Assembly: GCA_963717145.1 (NCBI GenBank)
Contig: OY970325.1
Location: forward strand, 3,872,001-3,936,000
From: an uncultured Armatimonadetes bacterium
Lineage (GTDB): Bacteria > Armatimonadota > UBA5829 > DTJY01
Length of the DNA stretch: 64,000 nucleotides
Reading direction: 5' to 3'
Part shown: positions 28,473 to 36,814 of the stretch, in pieces
Numbering within the stretch: the first letter of the stretch is position 1
Layout of the letters: every line of letters starts with the position of its first letter
The notes under the pieces: model-generated
Database searches by the model: none
Seen by the model: only the letters and a program-made list of their open reading frames with translations
Told to the model about the DNA's origin: nothing
Position numbers and translations under genes: made by a program

Positions 28473-30514
28473 TCCCGACTTCCGCCATTCTGCCTAATCA
28501 GCAGCATAAGAGTATACGGATCCACGATCTCGACGTCCGCGCCTTTGGGGGATGCCTTGATCGCCTCGAAGAGCGCCTTCTGCATGGACGGCGTCCAGAG
28601 GATGTCGCGGAAGATGAAGAACACCGGCTCGGCGGACGGGTCCTTGCTCCTCGACCGCTCCTGTGCGACCCGTTCGAGCACTAACTGCGCCGACTGCTCC
28701 GGGCCGTGCACCAGGTCGTCGGACATCCGGATGTACGGCAGCCCCTTCCGGACACCCCAGCGGGCGATCTTCTGCGCCACGATCCCCGCCGGCGAGAACT
28801 CGGCGTAGGCATCGAGCGTCTCGTCCGACATCGGCGGCGCGTACCCGTCGATGATGAACCCCGTGAGCGAGAGGTCCCACTGCTTGTAGTACCGCTTGCA
28901 GTGCTCGGCCCACGTACGGACTCCCGACGGAAGGCCGGAATACTCCCGCGGCTCCTGAAGGTGGCCCGGGTTGACGTACCCCGCGCCGACATCGCCCGCC
29001 ACGAAGAAGTCGAGGTCCGACTTGTGCTTCCGCGAGTAAGCCATCCCAACCGCAAACCGGTCCGCGAGGTTCGGATTGAACGCCCAGCCGAGTGGAATCG
29101 TCCCGCGCGCCGGGTCGTCCCACAACTCAGGGAGCTTCTGGTAGAGCCAGGCCGCCGAGTCGTAATCGCCGACATAGATCGTCACGTACGACTTCGGCGC
29201 GACCTTCCCCTCGGCGGTGACGTACCCCTTCGCCCTCAGGTCATCGAGCGTCGGGAGCTTCTGCGGATAGCGGGCATCGAGGGGATAGTGCTGGTAGACC
29301 GACGCGTTCGCCATGCACCCGATCCCGAGCGCGTCGGCATCGACGAATGCGTTGAAGCAGGAGGTGACCTCGGCCATCCGCCACTCGGTCGGGACACCGC
29401 CATGCTTCCCGCCGGACGCGTGACTGTCGGTGTACTTCTTGTCCCACGGGGTGAACCCGCCGACGTGGATCATCTTCTTCCCGGCCACACGATCGTATGC
29501 CGAGCGCAGGATCGCCTGGAGTGTCCGCAGGTCGGTCCCCAGCGGCTGATCCGGGTCATCGACCGGCGTCTCGTCGTCCCACGGCCCGAGGTCGAAGAAG
29601 AACGCCTTGTGCGCGATGAAGTAGTCGTGGTTCGAGAGTGTGTGGTTCGGAACGTATCCCCCGGGCTGCTTGAGCCAGTAGGCGTCCATGTAGTAGCCGA
29701 TCCTGGTGGGATCGCACCTGCCGGTGTCGAGGTACTTCTCCTTCGCCCAGATCAGGGCGTCGCACTTCGCACTCCCGGTCGATGCAGTCTTGCTCCCGGG
29801 GATCGTGCCCTTGCCGGTGAAGATGCTCGTGCCGTCCGGATTGACGAGCCACTCCTTGACGGGAAGCTTCAGATCGGCGGTGAGGTGATGGTAGAGCGAG
29901 CCCGGATCGGGATCGAACCGCACGCACGCCAGGTCCTCGACGCCGGCGATCGTCGATGCGACGTTCGAGGTGGCGGCGACCTTCTCATCGTAGACCACGA
30001 GGCCCTTGATGTCGCCCTTGAACCGCTCGATCAGCGCATCGAGGTCCGCGATCTCCTCCAGCCCGTACTCCGCCAGCCACTCCGAGTCCCCGGATGGTTG
30101 TAGGGGCGTGCCTTGTGCCGCCTGTTGATCGCCTGTCACCGCCGGGTCCTGATCTCGCGAGGCGGCACAAGGCACGCCCCTACAACCATCCGGGGTCGGA
30201 CCGCCCTCCCGGAACTTATCGAACCAATACCGGTCGATGCTCCCGTTCTCGCCGCCGACGAAATAGAGGTACAGGCGCGGCCCCTTCCGGTTCACGATCC
30301 CCTGGACCGACGATACGAAATGCGCATCGTCCCAGACCTTCCGGCGCTCCTTCGGGTCGTCACGGTTGAGCTTCAGCGTGTAGGTCAGGTCGAAAGTGTA
30401 GAGGGTCTTCGCCTCCGACCGCGGGGCAGTCAGGCACAAGGCGAGCAGGATGGCAAATATGAACATGAGCGACAACACAGGCCTCCAAATATCATTCTGG
30501 CCCAGTTGTACCAT
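28469..30514 (-). CDS. GxGYxYP-type putative glycoside hydrolase with an in-frame REP insertion (start uncertain)
   Basis: Signal peptide; VQGIVNR..PRLY, YVGDYDS, RGTIPLGW, GDVGAGYVNP. Confidence 0.75.
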   Translation of the reverse strand: MVQLGQNDIWRPVLSLMFIFAILLALCLTAPRSEAKTLYTFDLTYTLKLNRDDPKERRKVWDDAHFVSSVQGIVNRKGPRLYLYFVGGENGSIDRYWFDKFREGGPTPDGCRGVPCAASRDQDPAVTGDQQAAQGTPLQPSGDSEWLAEYGLEEIADLDALIERFKGDIKGLVVYDEKVAATSNVASTIAGVEDLACVRFDPDPGSLYHHLTADLKLPVKEWLVNPDGTSIFTGKGTIPGSKTASTGSAKCDALIWAKEKYLDTGRCDPTRIGYYMDAYWLKQPGGYVPNHTLSNHDYFIAHKAFFFDLGPWDDETPVDDPDQPLGTDLRTLQAILRSAYDRVAGKKMIHVGGFTPWDKKYTDSHASGGKHGGVPTEWRMAEVTSCFNAFVDADALGIGCMANASVYQHYPLDARYPQKLPTLDDLRAKGYVTAEGKVAPKSYVTIYVGDYDSAAWLYQKLPELWDDPARGTIPLGWAFNPNLADRFAVGMAYSRKHKSDLDFFVAGDVGAGYVNPGHLQEPREYSGLPSGVRTWAEHCKRYYKQWDLSLTGFIIDGYAPPMSDETLDAYAEFSPAGIVAQKIARWGVRKGLPYIRMSDDLVHGPEQSAQLVLERVAQERSRSKDPSAEPVFFIFRDILWTPSMQKALFEAIKASPKGADVEIVDPYTLMLLIRQNGGSRD
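30088..30195. repeat. Intragenic GTAG-type REP pair (36-bp perfect arms, 36-nt spacer, 108 nt)
   Basis: CCCCGGATGGTTGTAGGGGCGTGCCTTGTGCCGCCT and its reverse complement (30160-30195). Confidence 0.95.
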
Positions 30515-30611
30515 GCCCAGGCATCGAGATGCAAGAGCGAGCGCCTACAGCCGCACATCAACCGTCTGGTTGTCCGCTTGGCCTCGCAGTTTGCTTGACA
30601 AACACACAACA

Positions 30612-31973
30612 CGTGTTGCCTCATTTAACTTTGTTACCGAAACGCCATTCGTTGCGTCATTGATAATGTTACCAAGTAGTGTGTTCAAGTATGTCAGATC
30701 GGCTCTTGATCGCCGCTCAGGGCCGCGCCTTGCTCGCTTTCGATCTGTCTTTATTCGGCATCCTGTCAAGCTTTGATGATAGCCTGTGGATGCGTCTTAG
30801 TAGCTCCACCGGGTTCGTCGCTCTACGTTCTTTATCGAGGCGATCCTTTGCTTCATCGTCAAGCCATCCTTCAACACTTATCAGCTTGCGGTACGGCGTC
30901 ATCGCAGGCTCATAGCGTTTGATCACTTTACTCCCAATCCGCTCCTTTTCTTTAAGACGCATCATGGGCTGACAGAAGTTGTGATACGCCACGATCAGCG
31001 GATATATCGCCTTTAGTACCGCAAGCTGCTCGTCCGTCTCGAATCGCCGGTAACCTATAAACTGCCGGACTACGCTCCAGTTCTTCTGCTCTACATGACA
31101 TTGATCGTTCTTCTTGTAAGGCCGACTGCGCGTAAACGTGATCCTGTGCGCTCGACAGTACTTGTTCATGTGATGGTTGATGAACTCGCCGCCGTTGTCG
31201 GTATCTATGCCTCTGACTGCAAACGGTGCGCTCTTGGACGCGGACTGCACCGCAAGCACGGTTCCGTGCTCCCCTCGGCCTTTCATTCCATCAAGCGCTA
31301 CCCATCCGGTCGCTACATCAGTCATAGTCAAAGTATACAGGAACTCTCCGCTCCCGTCACCTCCGCAATGACCCACCAAGTCCATCTCGAAGAACCCAGG
31401 CTCAGCTTCATCCCAGTCGGCAAACGTCCTCACCGGGATCTGAGACCGAAGCAGTGTCCCCGGCTTTGTTAAGGTCCTCCCTGTTAGCGATAGGGCAGAC
31501 CGCTCCTTCTTCATCAACCTGTCGATGCTCGACGCGCTGATCGAGTTAAGCAGCCTCTCTTCTTCTGGTGTAACCGTTATCTCCCCGAATGACTCCAGTA
31601 TGGGTAGAAACTCAGTCAGAAACGGCTGCAGACGCTTACCGCACGCGTAGAAACTCGCAGCCCAGAGTGTCTTCAGCTTGTGGGCTATCGGCTCGTATTT
31701 CGACTTCCTTGCGCGTCTCACTGGACTCCTCGCTGGTGGAACTCCTTTCGCGAACAGCCTCACCAGCGACTTCCTGTGGTAACCGGTCAATCCCTGGACT
31801 TCACTCAATACCAGCTTCTTCTCCGATTTGGTGGCTTTGCCATATTCTTTGCGTTTGCGCCTCACGACTTCTCTTACGGATGCAGTTGTCATCTTCTCCA
31901 TGCCTCAGTTTCGGTAACATTCTTATCTGAGGCAACGTTTCCGTTTCGGTAACATCGTTCGTGAAGCAATTCG
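30612..31973 (-). mobile_element. ISNCY-type IS (possibly ISLbi1-like) with tandem subterminal repeats and a 5-bp target duplication
   Basis: CAACA at 30607-30611 and 31974-31978; ends CGTGTTGCCTCA and TGAAGCAATTCG; two GGTAACA-N7/8-TGANGCAA units at each end in inverted orientation. Confidence 0.88.
30717..31901 (-). CDS. DDE (rve-type) transposase
   Basis: TGYHRK, PGFFEMDLVGHCG, TDVATGW, DTDNGGEFIN, SRPYKKNDQCHVEQKN. Confidence 0.93.
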   Translation of the reverse strand: MEKMTTASVREVVRRKRKEYGKATKSEKKLVLSEVQGLTGYHRKSLVRLFAKGVPPARSPVRRARKSKYEPIAHKLKTLWAASFYACGKRLQPFLTEFLPILESFGEITVTPEEERLLNSISASSIDRLMKKERSALSLTGRTLTKPGTLLRSQIPVRTFADWDEAEPGFFEMDLVGHCGGDGSGEFLYTLTMTDVATGWVALDGMKGRGEHGTVLAVQSASKSAPFAVRGIDTDNGGEFINHHMNKYCRAHRITFTRSRPYKKNDQCHVEQKNWSVVRQFIGYRRFETDEQLAVLKAIYPLIVAYHNFCQPMMRLKEKERIGSKVIKRYEPAMTPYRKLISVEGWLDDEAKDRLDKERRATNPVELLRRIHRLSSKLDRMPNKDRSKASKARP

Positions 31974-32048
31974 CAACATATGCTATAATAGCAACCGTAG
32001 GCTAGGATAGATGCCACCAGAGCACAGCCTAGGCAAGGAGTGTCGATC

Positions 32049-32648
32049 ATGAAAAGATTGATGTTGTTCCTACTGCTGGTTTTCATCACCGTCTTGGCCC
32101 TCCCCGGCCCGTCCCACGCCGTGCAGCTTCAGCAGGGATGGTATGCAGAGTTCGCCTACATCGTCCTAGGAGGCTCTGCGTATCCGGACCAATACTGGGA
32201 TGTGAGTTGGTACGCGACCAGCCCAACAGGCCAGTTCGGCCCCCTTACAGTTGCGGCGAGTTCTCCAGCAACCTCGTATGGACGCAGGTTGACGATAAGC
32301 CAAACGGCCGAGGTGGCAAGCGGCATGATTTTCGAGGACTGGGGCACGTACTCGTCGTCCGCGCCGTACTATGATCAGATACGGTTCAGTTGGCGAACAA
32401 ACTACGACGCCCGAGTGCTTCAACTCAGAATGTACCAACACCGGTCCGGTTGGGCAGAAGATCAACTTCTCTGGACCCAATCTCTTTCAGAGGCGGCGGT
32501 GAACCGTGAGACACTGTGGACAGGAGTTCAGTCGGGCGATAGCGTTGTGTTCAGACTCGTCGTGGTCCCGGAGCCGTCCGGTCTTTCTCTGATAGCCACG
32601 GGACTCTTCCTCATGATGTGTAAGATCAGGAGGAGGCGGCTCGCATGA
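32049..32648 (+). CDS. PEP-CTERM sorting-domain protein
   Basis: Signal peptide; C-terminal VPEPSGLSLIATGLFLMMCKIRRRRLA. Confidence 0.92.
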   Translation: MKRLMLFLLLVFITVLALPGPSHAVQLQQGWYAEFAYIVLGGSAYPDQYWDVSWYATSPTGQFGPLTVAASSPATSYGRRLTISQTAEVASGMIFEDWGTYSSSAPYYDQIRFSWRTNYDARVLQLRMYQHRSGWAEDQLLWTQSLSEAAVNRETLWTGVQSGDSVVFRLVVVPEPSGLSLIATGLFLMMCKIRRRRLA

Positions 32649-32723
32649 GGTCATTGCAGAGAGCTGCATTGGTGCTGAAAACCAGGGACAGGCACAGTAT
32701 TTACAGTTTGTTCACGATTACTT

Positions 32724-32867
32724 CTACCTGTCGTCATGGATTTTCCTCGGGCGACCGTCTGGACGAAGGATAAGCTCCCTCCCGAGCGGCTTTGAGATCC
32801 TCCCCACAAACGCTTCATCCCCGCATGGAAACCCGACCTGTGTCCGAAGTCTGATCCCCTTCTCCTG
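32724..32867 (-). pseudogene. C-terminal remnant of a REP-associated tyrosine transposase (RAYT-like)
   Basis: Minus frame reads QEKGIRLRTQVGFPCGDEAFVGRISKPLGRELILRPDGRPRKIHDDR*; GTGCCTGTCCC repeat ~30 nt downstream; no start codon or HUH motif. Confidence 0.6.
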
Positions 32868-32872
32868 AACGG

Positions 32873-33943
32873 CTATTCCTTGGCGCGGTGACCGCGGAGC
32901 ACGCCGGCAACGCGGTTTCGCCTGGCCTCGAGTGCCAGGGTGAGCGGTGTCTTCCCCTTGTCATTCCTCGCATTGACATCCGCGCCGCGCTCGATCAGCA
33001 ACTCGGCTGTCCGGTCGTTGCCGTTCGACGCAGCCTCGTGCAGAGGGGTGTTCCTGGTGAAGCGTGTCACAGCGTTGACATCCGCGCCGTGGTCGATGAG
33101 TAGTCCAGCGATGGCCGGATTGTCCTGTCCGGCGGCAATATGGAGTGGGGTATTGCCGAAGTGGTCGGTCGGGTTAGGATTTGCCTTGCGCGCGAGCAGC
33201 AGCGCCACGGCCTGCGCGCTCCGCGACTGGACCGCCTTGTGCAGAGGCTTCTGGCCGGTTACGGAGGGTGGATCTGTCTTCGCGCCGGCATCCAGCAGCA
33301 GCCTCATCATCTGCACGTCGCCATCCGCTGATGCCTCATAGAGTGCGGTGCCGTTGCGTCCGGGGCGATCGACCTTCGCGCCGTGTCTCAGGAGAACGGC
33401 CGCGGCTTCCGCGGAACCATAGTCGGAAGCCACATACAGCGGGGCGTTCCCAACGCCATCGCCTTCGTCCACCTTGGCCCCTGCGCGGATCAGCGCGTCC
33501 ACGGTGGAAGCATGATTCCCCCACGCCGCGAGGTAGAGCGGCGTGTGGCCCAGATAGTCCTTCGCATCCACTTCCGCTCCCCTCTTGATAAGAAGCCTGA
33601 CCATCTCATCGCTGCCCTGAGTCGCAGCGATGTCGAGCGGGGTGCAGTTCGACCGGTCCCTGGCATTCACATGCGCGTTGCGAGCGAGCAGAATCTTCGC
33701 GAGCTGCTGATCACCGTACCGTGCCGCGATATGGAGCGGAGTGCCCTCGCCGCCCTCCCCGGCGTTTGCGAGCCCGGGTCTGGTGCGGAGAATCGCCTCA
33801 ACCCTGACAACATCGCTCCGTTTCGCCGCACCAATGATCGCCGGTTCGCCCGACCCCCAGTACCAGAGACCATACAGTACGGCGAGCACGAGAGCAACCC
33901 GCCATGCTGCGCGAAACCTCCTTCTTGCCGTGGTATCGCTCAC
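32873..33943 (-). CDS. Ankyrin repeat protein with N-terminal membrane anchor
   Basis: About nine TPLH.AA..G..V..LL..GA.VN repeats after a TM helix. Confidence 0.95.
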   Translation of the reverse strand: MSDTTARRRFRAAWRVALVLAVLYGLWYWGSGEPAIIGAAKRSDVVRVEAILRTRPGLANAGEGGEGTPLHIAARYGDQQLAKILLARNAHVNARDRSNCTPLDIAATQGSDEMVRLLIKRGAEVDAKDYLGHTPLYLAAWGNHASTVDALIRAGAKVDEGDGVGNAPLYVASDYGSAEAAAVLLRHGAKVDRPGRNGTALYEASADGDVQMMRLLLDAGAKTDPPSVTGQKPLHKAVQSRSAQAVALLLARKANPNPTDHFGNTPLHIAAGQDNPAIAGLLIDHGADVNAVTRFTRNTPLHEAASNGNDRTAELLIERGADVNARNDKGKTPLTLALEARRNRVAGVLRGHRAKE

Positions 33944-35236
33944 TTCTTGCGCTCCTTCGCGCCGTGGCGGAGTAGAAGCTCCTCCACCTCGCGGGTCTCG
34001 CCGACTCCGGACCTGGGATACCTACCTCCGCGCCTGCGGAGGTAGTCCAGCGGCGTCCATCCCGAATCGTCCTGCGCATTGACATCGGCTCCGTGCGCGA
34101 TCAGCTCCTCGACTATCGCTTTCCAGTCCTTCCCGCCGCGCATGATTGCCCGGTGGAGCGTCGAGCCACCCCACGTGCCACGGACATTGGGATCAGCCTT
34201 CAGGTCGAGAAGGACCTTGACTGCGGGCAGTTGTCCCGAACTGACTGCATAGATCAGATTGCCGTCGATATCTTCCGAGTCAGGTCTTCTGGCAGCGATT
34301 GCCTTCATGGCCTTGACGTCGCCGAGTGCCACGGCATCCATCATCTCAAAGCGCGGAGACTGCTTGCCGCCATGCTTGCGGAGGAAGGAGATCATATCGA
34401 GCTGCTTTCTGAGGCACGCGGAATCCATCGGAGTCTTGCCGTCGCCGTTCCTGAGGTTCACATCCACTCCGTGAGCAAGGAGCAGCGCCACCATCTCCTG
34501 CCTGCCGTTCCCGGCTGCGGTGTGCAACGGCGTATCCTCGTAGGCGTCTTCTACTCTGGGATCAGCTCCATGAGCGAGCAGTATGTCCGCAGCCTCCTTG
34601 CCACCGGATACTGCGGCCGCCTTCAGGGGAGTCTGGCCCTGATTGTCAGTGGCATCGACCTCGGCGCCTCGTGCGATCAGGAACTTGACCATACCTGCCT
34701 TGTTGGCTGCCCGCGGCCGAATGCAGGGCGGTTCCCAGATTGGGCGAGGACAAGGTGCTGTTCCTGGCATTCACATCGATGCCGCTATCGAGCAGCATCC
34801 TCACGGTCTCGATGTCTCCGATGCGGGCCGCCCCCTGCAATGCGGCTCCGGGATTTCCGGCGCGCGCATGTCGCTCGATGAGAAGCTTGATAATCTCGGG
34901 ATGAGGCCTGTAGTACCCTCGGCTGAGCGCCATGTCGAGGATGGTCTCTCCGGCCGCATCGGCGGCGTTCACGTTCGCGCCGTGATCGAGGAATACCTTG
35001 ACCGTCTGCACGTCTCCAATCGAGATTGCCGTGCAGATGATCGGCGTGCCGGATGTGCCCCGTTCGTTTGCGCGCTCGGGATTCGCTTTGAGGATTGCGT
35101 TGAGCTTGGCGGTATCACTGTGGAGGACAGCCCGCTGCAGGTCGTTCATCTTGATCCGGTGGGAGCAACCGATCGAAGACACGACGCACAGGACCGTAAG
35201 CACGATTCCCGCCCGAAGCCTGGATGATCCGCTCAT
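33940..35236 (-). CDS. Ankyrin repeat lipoprotein; apparent +1 frameshift at ~34710
   Basis: Lipobox-like SIGC; ankyrin repeats continue across ORFs 34646..35236 and 33940..34770; removing one G gives ALHSAAAANKAG. Confidence 0.88.
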
Positions 35237-35264
35237 GTAGCGCCTCCAACCGAGATGTGAACGG

Positions 35265-36548
35265 CTATTCCTTCGCGCCGCGGGAGAGGAGCAGCTTCTC
35301 CAGCGGCTGGAACTCGGGCTTCAGGGGGACGCGACCGCCTCCCATCGGCCTGATCGGGGAGAGGAACTTGTACAGATAGGCAAGCGGTGTCAGGCCGTCT
35401 TTGTCCTTCGCATTGACGTGCGCGCCGTGATCGAGCAGGAATCGGGCCAAGTCCTCCTGCCCGGTCGCGACCGCGGAGTGAAGGGGCGTCTGCTTCACTC
35501 CGCCTCGGATGTTCACGTCGACTCCAAGCGCCACGAGCTGCTTGACGGCATCCAGGCGGCCGGTGTAGGCCGCATAGTGCAGAGCGGCGTCCCCGTTGAT
35601 GATCTCAGCGGCAGACGACGGCCTCGACTTGACGATCCTGTCGATCTCCTTCGTCTCGCCGAGTGCGATCGCGTCCCGTAGCGCCCACCGCTCCGAAGGC
35701 TTGCTTCCGAACTTGCGAAGCGCGACGATCGTATCCGGCTTGCTTTGACCGCCCGCGGCAACATCGAAAGGAGTCCGACCATCGAGATTCCTGGGATTGG
35801 GATCCGCGCCGTGGCCCAGCAACGTCTCCGCCATCTTCGTCCGGCCGAACCGCGCTGCTCCGTGCAGAGGAGTGTCGCCCGTCTTTGCCACCGCGTTGAT
35901 CTTGGCGCCGTGGGCGAGCAGCATCTTGCCGATCTGCGTGTAGATCGATTCGGCAGCGATATGGAGCGGCGTGCGCCCGGTGCTGTCGGATGCGTTCGCG
36001 TCGGCCCCGTGAATCAGCAGGAATTCGACCATATCGGGCCTGTTCGCTGCGACAGCCGCATGGAGGGGGGTGCTCCGCTCCTCTCCGCGTTGGGTCTCCG
36101 CCTTGACATTGATCTCGGTGCCGCGTTCGAGCAGGAGTTGAGCGACCTCCACATGCCCGGACCAGGCCGCTCTCCGGAGGAGCATGCGCGGATCCCGCAG
36201 CTTGGCGTGCTTCGCGAGCAGCGTCCTCATGACCGACGCGTATCCCTCATAGGATGCCACCTCGATTGGCGTCTCTCCTCGAGAATTGGTCGCCTCGACA
36301 TCCGCGCCGTATTGGAGCAGGACATTCACGACCTGTTGATCGCCTGCCCGGGCCGCTATGTGCAGCAAGGTGTCACCCTTCGGGTCCCGCTCGTTCACAC
36401 GGTCGGGGTGCGACCTGAGGATCTTCTCGGTTCTGCCGATGTCTCCCGATATGACGGCCTGCCTGATCTGACTCTTGGCGCACCCGATGACCAGCAGGCA
36501 AACGACCAACCCGATCGCGGCGAGGCTCGATGGCCTGAGCAACCTCAT
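35265..36548 (-). CDS. Ankyrin repeat lipoprotein
   Basis: Lipobox-like VIGC; multiple TPLH.AA repeats. Confidence 0.95.
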   Translation of the reverse strand: MRLLRPSSLAAIGLVVCLLVIGCAKSQIRQAVISGDIGRTEKILRSHPDRVNERDPKGDTLLHIAARAGDQQVVNVLLQYGADVEATNSRGETPIEVASYEGYASVMRTLLAKHAKLRDPRMLLRRAAWSGHVEVAQLLLERGTEINVKAETQRGEERSTPLHAAVAANRPDMVEFLLIHGADANASDSTGRTPLHIAAESIYTQIGKMLLAHGAKINAVAKTGDTPLHGAARFGRTKMAETLLGHGADPNPRNLDGRTPFDVAAGGQSKPDTIVALRKFGSKPSERWALRDAIALGETKEIDRIVKSRPSSAAEIINGDAALHYAAYTGRLDAVKQLVALGVDVNIRGGVKQTPLHSAVATGQEDLARFLLDHGAHVNAKDKDGLTPLAYLYKFLSPIRPMGGGRVPLKPEFQPLEKLLLSRGAKE

Positions 36549-36814
36549 ACTTTACCTCCGGCGGGCGGAACCGGTCGCATTCTCACGGCTCGCTCCGCAT
36601 CAGTCGCATGTGGGATGTGACACACTTTTATACCTCTTTACACGAGGCCTGTCAACACCGGGCCGCCGGATCGCGTGACCAATCCCGGTATAATTACCAG
36701 TTTTTTCAGAATAGCGTTGACGGCTGCTACCCGCGGGTGTACACTAAGAGAGTCTACGACTGCGCCACCAGCAGCCGAGCGGCAGTACCCAATGCCCTCC
36801 AGGAGGTACGAGCA

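Noticed and set aside
32865-35275. Integron attC sites after the ankyrin genes
   Set aside because: The shared 16-mer is better explained by paralogous gene ends; there are no paired R/L boxes and no integrase.
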